From positions 3,296,001-3,360,000 of the forward strand of contig OZ242180.1 in the NCBI GenBank assembly GCA_965205485.1: a DNA stretch of 64,000 nucleotides, given 5' to 3'. Origin of the DNA: Candidatus Latescibacterota bacterium (GTDB taxonomy: Bacteria; Latescibacterota; UBA2968; GCA-2709665). A program made the translations under genes and the position numbers. A model generated the notes under the pieces. The model worked only from the letters and a program-made list of their open reading frames with translations. It ran no database searches and had not been told where the DNA came from. Below, piece after piece: positions 48,723 through 58,109 of the stretch (positions are counted from its first letter, which is position 1; every line of letters starts with the position of its first letter).

Positions 48723-51700
48723 ATGGCGACGGTTAAAGAGGCAGAAAGCGCGTTTGAAGACGTTTCCGGCGGAATGGATTTTCCCGGAATGGAGAGGGAG
48801 ACCCTTCGGTTCTGGGAGGAAAACCGCACGTTCGCGAAGTCGGTGGCAACCCGGCCGGAATCCAATCCGTTCATCTTCAACGACGGGCCGCCGTTCGCCA
48901 GCGGGCTTCCGCATTACGGGCACCTGCTGGCCTCCATTATCAAGGACGTCGTACCGCGGTACTGGACGATGCGGGGATATCGCGTGGACCGGCGTTTCGG
49001 CTGGGACTGTCACGGGCTCCCGGTGGAAAACGAGGCCGAGAGGCAACTGGGCCTGAAGTCCAGGAAGGACATCCTTGCATTCGGCGTGGATCGATTCAAC
49101 GAATTCTGCCGTGAACAGGTACTCCAGTACACCGCCGAGTGGAAGCAGGTCATCCAGCGGTGCGGTCGGTGGGTGGACTGGGACCACCAGTACCGGACGA
49201 TGGATCCGGACTTCATGGAGTCCGTGTGGTGGGTGTTCAAGAGCCTCTGGGAGAAGGACCTGGTGTATGAGGGATACTATTCCCTCGCCTACTGTCCCAG
49301 ATGCGCCACCCCGCTCTCCAATTTCGAGGTGAATCTCGGGGGCTACCGGGATACCCAGGATCCATCCATCACGGTGCGGTTTCGCGTACGCGGGCAGGCG
49401 AATACGTCGATTCTGGCCTGGACGACCACACCGTGGACCCTGCCTTCGAACATGGCGCTCGCGGTTGGAGAAGACATCCCGTACGTGCGCGTCTACATGG
49501 AAGACGGCGAGCAGCTGATCCTTGCGGAACCGCGTTTCGACGCCGTGTTCGGCAGTCGCGGCGGGGAGGCGCTTCGGGTGGAGCCGGAACCGGTCGCAGC
49601 ACTGCTGGAAATGCGTTACGAGCCGTTGTTTACCTACTTCACTGATCTTGCGAAAAACGGCGCGTATCGCGTAGTTGCGGCCGATTTCGTGTCGACCGAC
49701 GAAGGCACAGGGATCGTGCACGTCGCCCCCGGTTTCGGCGAAGACGACTATCAGTTGGGTGTCGAAAAACGTATCCCGGTCGTGTGTCCGATCGACGAGG
49801 ATTGCGCGTTTACGGACGCAATACCGGAATATACCGGTCGATTTGTAAAGGACGTCGATCGCGAGATCGTGCGGCGGTTGCGAACGGAAGACCTGTTGTT
49901 TTCCGAGGGCACGCTGGTTCACAGCTATCCTTACTGCTGGCGGTGCGATTCTCCCCTGATCTATCGCGCAATCTCAACCTGGTTCGTTGCAATCGAGCCG
50001 ATCAAGGAGATGATGATTGCCTCGAATCAGCGGGTCCGCTGGGTGCCGGAGCACATCAAGGACGGACGATTCGGCCGTTGGCTGGAGGATGCGCGCGATT
50101 GGGCGATCAGCCGGAACCGCTACTGGGGCACGCCTCTGCCGGTTTGGCGCAATGCGGAAACGAAGGAGACGATCTGTGTCGGTAGCCGTGAAGAACTGGA
50201 ACGCCTGAGCGGGCAGAGGGTGGAGGACCTTCACAAACATCTGATCGATCACATCGAAATCCCCAGCCCCAGCGGCAGAGGCGTCCTGAGGCGTGTGCCC
50301 GAGGTTCTGGATTGCTGGTTCGAGTCCGGGTCCATGCCCTACGGCCAGACGCACTATCCGTTTGAGAACCGGTCGTTTTTCGAGGCGAATTTCCCGGCCG
50401 ACTTCATTTCGGAAGGCCTCGATCAGACCCGGGGCTGGTTCTATACATTGACCGTTCTCGCCGCGGCGCTGTTTCAGGAGCCGGCGTTCAGGAATTGCAT
50501 TGTTTCCGGTATGCTGCTTGCCGAGGACGGACGCAAGATGAGCAAGCGCCTGAAGAACTATCCTGAACCCACCGAAATGCTGGACGCGTACGGCGCTGAC
50601 GCGCTGAGGCTGTATCTGTTGAACTCGCCGGCGCTGAAGGCCGAGGAGTTGAGAATCAGCGAACGCGGAATTCAGGAGAGCCTGCGTTCGGTCATCATTC
50701 CACTGTGGAACGCGTACGGCGGCATATTCGTCACCTATGCGAATATCGACGGCTGGACCCCCGCCCGGGCCCGGGGGGCGCCGCGCACGCACGAACTGGA
50801 CCGCTGGATCCTTTCGGAATTGCAGACCCTGCTGCATGAAATGAATGCAGAAATGGCGGCCTACCGGCTGTACAGGACTGTGCCGGTCATGGTTTCGTTT
50901 GTAGAGAAGTTGACGAACTGGTACATCCGCCGCAGCCGCCGCCGCTTCTGGAAGTCGGAAGACGACGAGGACAAGGCGGCTGTCTATGAGACGCTCTACG
51001 AGGTGCTGGTTACGCTTGTCAAGGCGATGGCGCCCGTGCTTCCGTTCGTGACCGAGCAGATCTATCAGAATCTGGTCAGACGAGTCGACGGGGAGGCCCC
51101 GGAAAGCGTACACCTGTGCGATATGCCGCAGGCGGACGAGACGTTGAGGGACCCGGAACTCGAGGCGCAGATGCATCTGGCGATGCGCGCTGTCGCTCTG
51201 GGCCGGTCGCTTCGCAACCGTCACGACCTCAAGGTGCGTCAACCGTTGCGCCGGGTCTACCTGCTTCCGCCCGATACGGCCGGTCGAAAAGCACTCACGT
51301 CCATGCAGGTTCTGATCGCCGACGAACTGAACATCAAAGAGGCCGTGTTCGTGGAGGACGAGACCGAGTTGAGCGAAATCTCGTACAGACCCAACTTTCG
51401 CGCGCTGGGGCCGCGTTTCGGGAAACGCATGAAGGAGGTTGCCGGTCGCATCGCCGAACTGGCGCCAGGGGACGTCGAACGTCTGCGAACCGGGGGGAAA
51501 CTGGCGTTTGCAGGAGGAGAAATCGGTCTCGAGGATCTGGAAATCCAGCGACGGGAAAAAGACGATGTGGTGGTGGCCGTCGAGAACAATCTGTGCGTAG
51601 GGCTGGACGTCCACCTCGACGAAGAGCTGGTCGACGAGTGTACGGCGCGCGAATTCGTAAACCGGGTACAGAACATGCGCAAGGAGATGGGTTTGCAGGT

Positions 51701-51893
51701 TGTAGACCGCATTCGCGTTGGGGTAAAGGGAGAAGGCTGTCTCGAGCGTGCGGTCGCCCGCCATCGGGCATACGTCAGCGGGGAGACGCTGGCGGAGGAC
51801 TTGCTGGTGGGTCAACTGCCGGACGCCAGTCCGTTCACCCGGGAATGGCAGGTGAACGGACTGCGCGGCACAATCGGCGTTTCGCGCAATTGA
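48723..51893 (+). CDS. ileS: Isoleucine--tRNA ligase (type 2, eukaryote/archaea-like)
   Basis: DGPPFASGLPHYGH, GWDCHGLP, WTTTPWTLP, ISRNRYWG, EGLDQTRGWF, KMSKR; long C-terminus without the type-1 zinc finger. Confidence 0.97.
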   Translation: MATVKEAESAFEDVSGGMDFPGMERETLRFWEENRTFAKSVATRPESNPFIFNDGPPFASGLPHYGHLLASIIKDVVPRYWTMRGYRVDRRFGWDCHGLPVENEAERQLGLKSRKDILAFGVDRFNEFCREQVLQYTAEWKQVIQRCGRWVDWDHQYRTMDPDFMESVWWVFKSLWEKDLVYEGYYSLAYCPRCATPLSNFEVNLGGYRDTQDPSITVRFRVRGQANTSILAWTTTPWTLPSNMALAVGEDIPYVRVYMEDGEQLILAEPRFDAVFGSRGGEALRVEPEPVAALLEMRYEPLFTYFTDLAKNGAYRVVAADFVSTDEGTGIVHVAPGFGEDDYQLGVEKRIPVVCPIDEDCAFTDAIPEYTGRFVKDVDREIVRRLRTEDLLFSEGTLVHSYPYCWRCDSPLIYRAISTWFVAIEPIKEMMIASNQRVRWVPEHIKDGRFGRWLEDARDWAISRNRYWGTPLPVWRNAETKETICVGSREELERLSGQRVEDLHKHLIDHIEIPSPSGRGVLRRVPEVLDCWFESGSMPYGQTHYPFENRSFFEANFPADFISEGLDQTRGWFYTLTVLAAALFQEPAFRNCIVSGMLLAEDGRKMSKRLKNYPEPTEMLDAYGADALRLYLLNSPALKAEELRISERGIQESLRSVIIPLWNAYGGIFVTYANIDGWTPARARGAPRTHELDRWILSELQTLLHEMNAEMAAYRLYRTVPVMVSFVEKLTNWYIRRSRRRFWKSEDDEDKAAVYETLYEVLVTLVKAMAPVLPFVTEQIYQNLVRRVDGEAPESVHLCDMPQADETLRDPELEAQMHLAMRAVALGRSLRNRHDLKVRQPLRRVYLLPPDTAGRKALTSMQVLIADELNIKEAVFVEDETELSEISYRPNFRALGPRFGKRMKEVAGRIAELAPGDVERLRTGGKLAFAGGEIGLEDLEIQRREKDDVVVAVENNLCVGLDVHLDEELVDECTAREFVNRVQNMRKEMGLQVVDRIRVGVKGEGCLERAVARHRAYVSGETLAEDLLVGQLPDASPFTREWQVNGLRGTIGVSRN

Positions 51894-51998
51894 TTTTCGC
51901 ACGGCATTGGAGCAATATGGGTTTCGGGCCTCACGCTCGCAGGACGGCGTCGGCATCCGGCTCGTGCGCGAGTATTGAATTGACAGGCGGAGAGGACG

Positions 51999-52382
51999 AT
52001 GAACGAGAAAGATCTGAAATACTTCCGTGAGATCCTGGAAGAAAAGCGGTTGTCCATCGTTCAGGACCTGGGGATGCTGGAGCAACGATCCATGCACGCA
52101 ACCTCCGAAGAGGCGTCGGGAGGGCAGATTTATTCGGATCACATGCCGGAACTGGGCAGCGATTCGATCGAGCGGGAGAAGGCGTTCCTGTTCGCTTCCC
52201 GGGACGGCGCGTATCTGACGCAGGTGGAGGACGCGCTCGAACGCATCAAGCGCGGGACGTTCGGAGCGTGCAGGGTCTGCGAAAAGGGGATCCCGAAAGC
52301 GCGTCTTGAGGCCGTTCCCACCACCCGGCTGTGCGTACCCTGCAAAGAAGAGGAACAGCGGCAGGGTACACGCGCCACTTAA
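51999..52382 (+). CDS. TraR/DksA family C4 zinc-finger protein
   Basis: ALERIKRGTFGACRVC...RLEAVP...CVPC. Confidence 0.92.
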   Translation: MNEKDLKYFREILEEKRLSIVQDLGMLEQRSMHATSEEASGGQIYSDHMPELGSDSIEREKAFLFASRDGAYLTQVEDALERIKRGTFGACRVCEKGIPKARLEAVPTTRLCVPCKEEEQRQGTRAT

Positions 52383-52432
52383 TTCGAATTTACGGCGACG
52401 GGCTCAAGCTATCCGTTGCCACGGGAGGCGAT

Positions 52433-52897
52433 GTGCGGAGCCTCTGGATTTCGGGTGTCGTCCTCATTCTGGACCAGGTGTCAAAGCGGATGGTGATGGA
52501 ATCGATGTTTCTCGGCGAGTCGATTCCCGTACTGGGCTCATTCTTCAGGTTGACCTATATACAGAACCCCGGCGCCGTGTTCGGCTTGAGGCTTGGCGGA
52601 AACGTCGCTCACCTGGTGTTCGCCGGTCTGGCGTTGATTCTGGTGGCGGTGATGTGGCTCCGCCTGCCCGCCCATGAGCGGGTGGCTTCGGCCGGTCTGG
52701 CGCTTGTGCTGGGCGGCGCCATCGGCAACGTCATCGACCGGATCCGCTTCAGCGCGGTGATTGATTTTCTGGATTTCGGATTCGGATCCGTTCGCTGGTG
52801 GGTGTTCAACGTCGCCGACGCCGCCGTCACGGTCGGAGCCGTGCTGTTGATACTCGGCTGTGGAATACTCAAGGGCGGAAAGGATGAGGCAGTTTGA
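52433..52897 (+). CDS. lspA: Lipoprotein signal peptidase II
   Basis: LDQVSK, NPGAVFG, GGAIGNVIDR, VIDFLD, FNVAD. Confidence 0.95.
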   Translation: MRSLWISGVVLILDQVSKRMVMESMFLGESIPVLGSFFRLTYIQNPGAVFGLRLGGNVAHLVFAGLALILVAVMWLRLPAHERVASAGLALVLGGAIGNVIDRIRFSAVIDFLDFGFGSVRWWVFNVADAAVTVGAVLLILGCGILKGGKDEAV

Positions 52898-53852
52898 AGT
52901 TAACGTCCTTCCGGAACACGCGGGCGGTCGACTCGACCGGATGCTGGCCGGCGTCTGCGAACCGCTCTCCCGGTCCAGAATCCAGGCGTTGATCGCCTCC
53001 GGAAGAGTACTCGTAACGGGCAGACGCGTTCGATCCAGCTACCGGGTTTCGGCCGGCGAGAAGGTCGTGGTTCGTCTGCCCGCTCCCGAGCCGGCCGGAC
53101 TCGGTCCAGAGGAGATTCCTCTGGATGTTTTCTTTGAGGATGCCCATCTGCTTGTCGTGAACAAGCCGGCAGGCATGGTCGTACACCCGACGGGCGGCCT
53201 CCGGTCTGGCACGCTGGTGAACGGTCTCCTTGCCCATTGCGACGGTCTTTCTGGAATCAACGGCGTACTTCGTCCCGGAATCGTCCACCGGCTGGATAGA
53301 GAAACCTCGGGCCTGCTGATGGTGGCCAAGGATGACGCGGCGCATCGGGGGCTTGCGTCGCAACTGGAGTCGCGGACGGTGGTAAGGCGTTATTCCGCCT
53401 TCGTGTGGGGTCAACCAGAAGCGAAGAGCGGCCGAATCGAGGCGGCCATCGGCCGGAGTTCCGCGGACCACAGGCGCATGGCCGTGGTGGATACCGGCGG
53501 CCGCCGGGCCGTCACCCGGTACGAGGCAAAGGCGTTCCATGGATTCGCTTCGACCCTGGAATTGAGTCTGGAAACCGGGCGAACCCACCAGATTCGCGTC
53601 CATCTCGCCCACGTCGGCCATCCGGTCTTAGGCGATGCCGTGTACGGTGGAGGGGCGAAACGAATTCGTGGCATTTCGCCGTCCCACCGGAATGCGGCCA
53701 GGACGGTCCTGAATGCGGCGAGCCGTCAGATGTTGCACGCCGGGTGCCTCGGATTCGTCCATCCGGTCACGGACAAAGCGCTGGAATTCCACGCGGAGCC
53801 GCCTGAGGACATGCGTCGCGTCCGCGAGCTGCTTTCATCCGTCGGCCGCTGA
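52884..53852 (+). CDS. rluD: RluA/RluD family 23S rRNA pseudouridine synthase
   Basis: S4 domain, NKPAGMVVHP, GIVHRLDRETSG, TGRTHQIRVH. Confidence 0.92.
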   Translation: MRQFEVNVLPEHAGGRLDRMLAGVCEPLSRSRIQALIASGRVLVTGRRVRSSYRVSAGEKVVVRLPAPEPAGLGPEEIPLDVFFEDAHLLVVNKPAGMVVHPTGGLRSGTLVNGLLAHCDGLSGINGVLRPGIVHRLDRETSGLLMVAKDDAAHRGLASQLESRTVVRRYSAFVWGQPEAKSGRIEAAIGRSSADHRRMAVVDTGGRRAVTRYEAKAFHGFASTLELSLETGRTHQIRVHLAHVGHPVLGDAVYGGGAKRIRGISPSHRNAARTVLNAASRQMLHAGCLGFVHPVTDKALEFHAEPPEDMRRVRELLSSVGR

Positions 53853-53887
53853 AGCGACAGCACGGTCCGCCGGCTCTGCCACACAAA

Positions 53888-53919
53888 AAAAGCGTCAACC
53901 CGATCGGGTTGACGCTTTT
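53888..53919. terminator. Bidirectional intrinsic terminator
   Basis: Perfect 32-bp palindrome AAAAGCGTCAACCCGATCGGGTTGACGCTTTT between convergent genes. Confidence 0.85.
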
Positions 53920-53945
53920 GCATATGACACGCGGCCGTTAACGGT

Positions 53946-54680
53946 CTACAACGTCCCCACGGGGATTCCGTATGCCTCTTCAACCTGCTGGGTATCCACC
54001 ATTTCGATGGCCTCCCAGGGGCAGATGTGTACGCACTGGATACATCCGATACAGTCTTCCAGACGGACTTCACAGAACGTGCCGATGCCGTCCAGGCCGG
54101 CGTCGGCAACGTCAACTTCCTCGATACAGTCCGTCGGACAGACTTCGATGCAGGCGTTGCAGCCTGTGCAATAGTCCGGATTGATGATGGCGATATGCCG
54201 CGGCCGCTTCTTCTTGGCCGTCATGCCGGAGCGGGAATCCAGCCACAGGTGTTCGTGGTAGTCGACGCGTTCTTTTTTCGCGACCCGCTCCGGACGGTAG
54301 ACCTCTGACTTTGGAGCGAATTCCAGCGTGCCCTCCGCGTGGGCGTGGCTGAGGCGGTACCGGTCCGAGGTAACGAGCTGGTCGGGGTCGTCGTCGTAGA
54401 CGAAACTGACCATGTCGTAACGGATGCCCACGGTGCGTCCGGCGCGTCCGTTCAGTTTGAAATGGATTCCGGGCCTGAATTCCAGAATGGCAAGGCCGGC
54501 GGGTTCTTTTTCAACTTCCGCGACGGCAGTCGCGGCGTCCGATTCAGCTTTGGCCGCGTCGGGCGCGGCTTCCGCGGCGTCGCCAGCGCCCTCTTTGGCT
54601 TTCCGCATGGCTTCGGCCTTGGCCCTGGCGCGCGCCACCCGGTCGGAGATGTTGTCAAACTGGGTAAGGTCGACGTTCAC
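53946..54680 (-). CDS. 2x[4Fe-4S] ferredoxin-domain protein with a long N-terminal extension
   Basis: CTGCNACIEVCP and CIGCIQCVHICP. GTG at 54680 after GGAG. N-terminal DLTQFDNISDRVARARAKAEAMRKA motif. Confidence 0.88.
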   Translation of the reverse strand: MNVDLTQFDNISDRVARARAKAEAMRKAKEGAGDAAEAAPDAAKAESDAATAVAEVEKEPAGLAILEFRPGIHFKLNGRAGRTVGIRYDMVSFVYDDDPDQLVTSDRYRLSHAHAEGTLEFAPKSEVYRPERVAKKERVDYHEHLWLDSRSGMTAKKKRPRHIAIINPDYCTGCNACIEVCPTDCIEEVDVADAGLDGIGTFCEVRLEDCIGCIQCVHICPWEAIEMVDTQQVEEAYGIPVGTL

Positions 54681-54738
54681 TGAGTCGTTATCTCCGTCTT
54701 GAATGTGCCTGACTGCGTGACTCATACGATTCAGGGCT

Positions 54739-54848
54739 AAAATAAGGTCTTCCACCGGGGTTGTCAAGGATGAATCGGCGGCCGAACGGCGCGGAATTTC
54801 TGTGAAACAACACCGATCTTGACAGCGCGTGTGGCCTCTGGTTATATT
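54739..54848. promoter_or_regulatory. Back-to-back divergent sigma-70 promoters
   Basis: Minus: TTGACA(54767-54762)-17 nt-TATTTT. Plus: TTGACA(54819)-18 nt-TATATT(54843). Confidence 0.65.
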
Positions 54849-54916
54849 GGAACCCGTGTTCTTGCGGATCGGCTCGAACGTTAACACAACGTGTTTATTG
54901 ACACAGAGGCTGTGGT

Positions 54917-55825
54917 ATGGACCAACCGACTCCCGACGAGGAACTCAGAAAAATCGCCGAAGACGCCTCCGCCCCGGTTTCGGACGCGGACGTCTCGCGG
55001 GCAAGGCTGGTCTCGCAGTTCGTCATTTTTCCCGTGGCGATCATTCTGGTGGCGCTCGCAATATATCTGGGATTGGGGCTGTTGACGGTCGAGCGAAAAA
55101 CGGCGGAGGACTATCTCAATACAATTCGGGTGGGCGGAATCAACAGCCGGTGGCAGGCCGCGTACGAACTGGCCACCGTGCTGGACCAGGAACAGCGGGA
55201 AGGACGGATCGGCCGCAGGTTCGTCGGAGAGTTGATCCGGGTGTTCGAGGCCTCCCGGTCGGACGACCCCCGTGTCCGGCGCTTTCTGGCCGCGGCCATG
55301 GGGAGGGTGAGGGATCCCGAACTCGTGGGCGTTCTGATTGCAGCGCTGGACGATCCGGATGACGAAACGCGGATCAACGCGATGTTTTCACTCAGGGCGC
55401 AGGGAGATCCGGGGGCCGTACCGCACCTCATCAGGATCGCTTCGAACGACGATGCGGGACTGCGCAAGGCGGCGGTGTACGCCCTTGGAGGGCTGGACGA
55501 CCCCCTCGTGCCGCCGGCGCTGGAGCAGGCGCTTCACGACCGTGCGCCCGACGTTCGCTGGAACGCCGCCCTCCAGTTGGCCGTGGCGGGTAACAGCGCG
55601 GGCCTGGAGGTGCTGGAAGAGATGCTGAGCCCGGGGTACCTGGAAGGATTCGATCGTATAAGCGGCGAGGGGAGGCGCAATATCCTGGTCGAAGCGATCA
55701 GGGCCGTGGGCATGCTCAACGCGACGTCACTGGCCCCCGCGCTGCAGCGCCTTCGTGAGACAGACCCGGACCTGCGGGTCCGACAGGCGGCCATTGAAAT
55801 CCTGAATGGCTGGGAAGCGAAATGA
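54917..55825 (+). CDS. Membrane-anchored HEAT-repeat (PBS lyase-like) protein
   Basis: One N-terminal TM; repeats DPRVRRFLAAAMG, DETRINAMFSL, DVRWNAALQL, DLRVRQAA. Confidence 0.88.
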   Translation: MDQPTPDEELRKIAEDASAPVSDADVSRARLVSQFVIFPVAIILVALAIYLGLGLLTVERKTAEDYLNTIRVGGINSRWQAAYELATVLDQEQREGRIGRRFVGELIRVFEASRSDDPRVRRFLAAAMGRVRDPELVGVLIAALDDPDDETRINAMFSLRAQGDPGAVPHLIRIASNDDAGLRKAAVYALGGLDDPLVPPALEQALHDRAPDVRWNAALQLAVAGNSAGLEVLEEMLSPGYLEGFDRISGEGRRNILVEAIRAVGMLNATSLAPALQRLRETDPDLRVRQAAIEILNGWEAK

Positions 55826-55853
55826 GCGGCTGGAATCGATGGAATTGCAGTGG

Positions 55854-55895
55854 GGGATCCGGCCTGTACAGACTCGCGTCGGATCCCTCTTTTTT
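55854..55895 (+). terminator. Putative intrinsic terminator
   Basis: GGGATCCG...CGGATCCC followed by TCTTTTTT. Confidence 0.55.
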
Positions 55896-55931
55896 GTCCC
55901 CGGGCAGGCGCGAATCTTCCCAAAATCCCGC

Positions 55932-55960
55932 TTGACAATTCGGGGTGGTTTGGATATATT
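55932..55960 (+). promoter_or_regulatory. Sigma-70 promoter of the Rieske/cytochrome b operon
   Basis: TTGACA-17 nt-TATATT. Confidence 0.72.
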
Positions 55961-56083
55961 GGCCCGGTGCCGGTGGCGCCGTAAGTGATGCAATTTCCGG
56001 TATTTCTTTAACTTATATCGTTTATTATTCAGTCCTGACGAATTCCCGCACAAAAACCGACCGCCCGGTTTCCGGGGTGCCCA

Positions 56084-57034
56084 ATGGCGGAAGATAAAAT
56101 CGACCTTTCGGAATTCGACGAAATACCCGATCGGGTGGCCAGGGCCAAGGCCAAGGCGGAAGCGCTTCGCAAGGCCCGGGAGGCCGCCGGAGGCGAAACG
56201 TCCGCGCCGAAGCCGGCCGACGAAGCTCCCGCGCAGGCCCCGGCCGAACCGGGTGGAGATTCCGGGCCATCCGAAGTGGATCTTTCGTCGCTGGACGAGA
56301 TCCAGGACCGCGTTGCCCGTGCGAAGGCCAAAGCCGAGTTGATGCGAAAGGCCCGCGGGAGTGGTGGAGCGGCGCCCGCACGCGCGCCGGTCAAGAAAGC
56401 CGCGTCCACCGCGGACCGCGCCGCCGCCGCCCGGGCTTTAACTCAGAAGACCGACGAGCCGGCCGCGGAGCGCGTGATCGTGCAGACCTCGCCGGCGCCG
56501 CCCGAAATCCGCCCCGGTCCGGAGAGAACGCAGGCCGTTGCCGAAGGCGGCATGACCACCCGGCGCGGGTTTTTCACCTGGCTGACCCTTGCGTGGGCGT
56601 CGTTCGCGGTCGCGTCCGGCGCCGGGCTCCTGGGTTTTGCGCGCTTCCTGTTTCCGAACGTGCTGTTTGAGCCGCCGCAGTCTTTCAAGATCGGGTTTGC
56701 GGAAGATTACGACCTGGGCGTGGACGAACGCTGGAAAGACAAGTTCAGCGTCTGGATTGTCAAGACCACGCAGGACATGTTCGCGCTCATTTCGGTGTGC
56801 ACGCATCTGGGGTGTACGCCCAACTGGCTGGGCAACGAACAGAAATTCAAGTGTCCCTGCCACGGCAGCGGATTTTATATGACGGGCATCAACTTCGAGG
56901 GTCCGGCCCCGCGTCCGCTGGAACGGGCGCGCATCGTGCTGGCCGAGGACGGGCAGGTGCTGGTCGACAAGACCCGCAAATTCCTGTACGAGAAGGGTCA
57001 CTGGGACAATCCGGAGTCCTTTTTGCGGATCTGA
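56084..57034 (+). CDS. petC: Rieske Fe-S subunit of a Rieske/cytochrome b complex, with a ~155-aa N-terminal extension
   Basis: Internal Tat motif TRRGFF plus TM; CTHLGC and CPCHGS. Confidence 0.93.
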   Translation: MAEDKIDLSEFDEIPDRVARAKAKAEALRKAREAAGGETSAPKPADEAPAQAPAEPGGDSGPSEVDLSSLDEIQDRVARAKAKAELMRKARGSGGAAPARAPVKKAASTADRAAAARALTQKTDEPAAERVIVQTSPAPPEIRPGPERTQAVAEGGMTTRRGFFTWLTLAWASFAVASGAGLLGFARFLFPNVLFEPPQSFKIGFAEDYDLGVDERWKDKFSVWIVKTTQDMFALISVCTHLGCTPNWLGNEQKFKCPCHGSGFYMTGINFEGPAPRPLERARIVLAEDGQVLVDKTRKFLYEKGHWDNPESFLRI

Positions 57035-57061
57035 ACGGGGCAGACGGCGGAATCGCCCTTA

Positions 57062-57223
57062 GAAGCTGTCTTAAAATTCCCAGCGGTCTTCGCACGGCTG
57101 CAAAAGCGCCGGTCGGCGTTGGTCAAATCCACCCGTATAGACAAATATGGGCGGATTTTCCCGCCTTGACCGCCACTTTTTCGCTCGCGCTCGGGAACTC
57201 ACCGGTAATTTTAAAACAGCTTC
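57062..57223 (+). mobile_element. MITE family 1, internally shortened copy (162 bp)
   Basis: TIRs GAAGCTGTCTTAAAATT / AATTTTAAAACAGCTTC, TTA on both flanks, net 27 bp shorter than the 6000 copy. Confidence 0.9.
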
Positions 57224-57278
57224 TTAACACGTTTTTCTTTTCTGTTTCAGCATCGCGGTACAATCGGGAGAATACGGT

Positions 57279-58064
57279 ATGCCGAAGATCTCGGGCCTTC
57301 TGGACCGGACCAAGCGCTCTCAGATCTGGAAGTCCATCTTCAGGCACGACGTGCCGAGAGACGAACGCGGTCGCGCGCAGGTGGTGCTGACCAACGTATT
57401 CTTGCATCTGCATCCCGTGCGCACGCCAAAATCGGGAATCAGGGTGCGCTACACGTGGTGTATGGGCGGGCTCACCTTCTTTATTTTTCTGATCGAGACC
57501 ATCACGGGCATTCTGCTCATGTTCTACTACCGGCCCACCCTCGAATACGCCTATACGGACATCATCGATCTGGGCGAGCAGGTGCCGCTGGGAATCATGC
57601 GGGAGATTCACCGATGGGGCGCCCACGCGATGATCATTACGGTCTGGCTGCACATGTTGCGCGTGTTCATGACGGGATCGTACAAGCCACCCCGCGAATT
57701 CAACTGGGCGATCGGCGTCATTCTGCTGCTTCTGACGTTGCTGTTGAGCTTTACAGGGTACCTGCTGCCCTGGGACCAGCTTGCCATCTGGGCCATTACG
57801 GTGGGGTCGAATATGGCGCGGGCAACCCCTTTTCTCGGTCACGAGGGGCCCGGAGCGGCATTCCTTGTGCTTGGCGATATCAATCTGGTGCACGCAGGCG
57901 ACGATGCCCGATTCGCGCTGTTGGGGGGCCGCTTTGTCGGGGAAGGCGCGCTGCTGAGGTTTTATGTCCTGCATTGCCTCTTCATCCCGTTCGTGGCGGC
58001 TGTACTCATGGCCGTTCACTTCTGGCGGGTCCGAAAGGACGGCGGAATATCCGGACCGATGTAG
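57279..58064 (+). CDS. petB: Cytochrome b, N-terminal (b6-type) subunit
   Basis: Heme His pairs IHRWGAH...LHM and LHC...VHF (14 residues between), TGYLLPWDQ, and WCMGG (heme ci Cys position). Confidence 0.93.
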   Translation: MPKISGLLDRTKRSQIWKSIFRHDVPRDERGRAQVVLTNVFLHLHPVRTPKSGIRVRYTWCMGGLTFFIFLIETITGILLMFYYRPTLEYAYTDIIDLGEQVPLGIMREIHRWGAHAMIITVWLHMLRVFMTGSYKPPREFNWAIGVILLLLTLLLSFTGYLLPWDQLAIWAITVGSNMARATPFLGHEGPGAAFLVLGDINLVHAGDDARFALLGGRFVGEGALLRFYVLHCLFIPFVAAVLMAVHFWRVRKDGGISGPM

Positions 58065-58109
58065 ATACGGCCGGGACCTGGTAGAATTCGGGATTCACCG
58101 AGGAAGACG

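Noticed and set aside
48723..51893. Acquired mupirocin-resistance ileS2
   Set aside because: It is a type-2 IleRS but sits in the usual housekeeping context (yggS-yggT...ileS-dksA-lspA-rluD) with no mobility signs.
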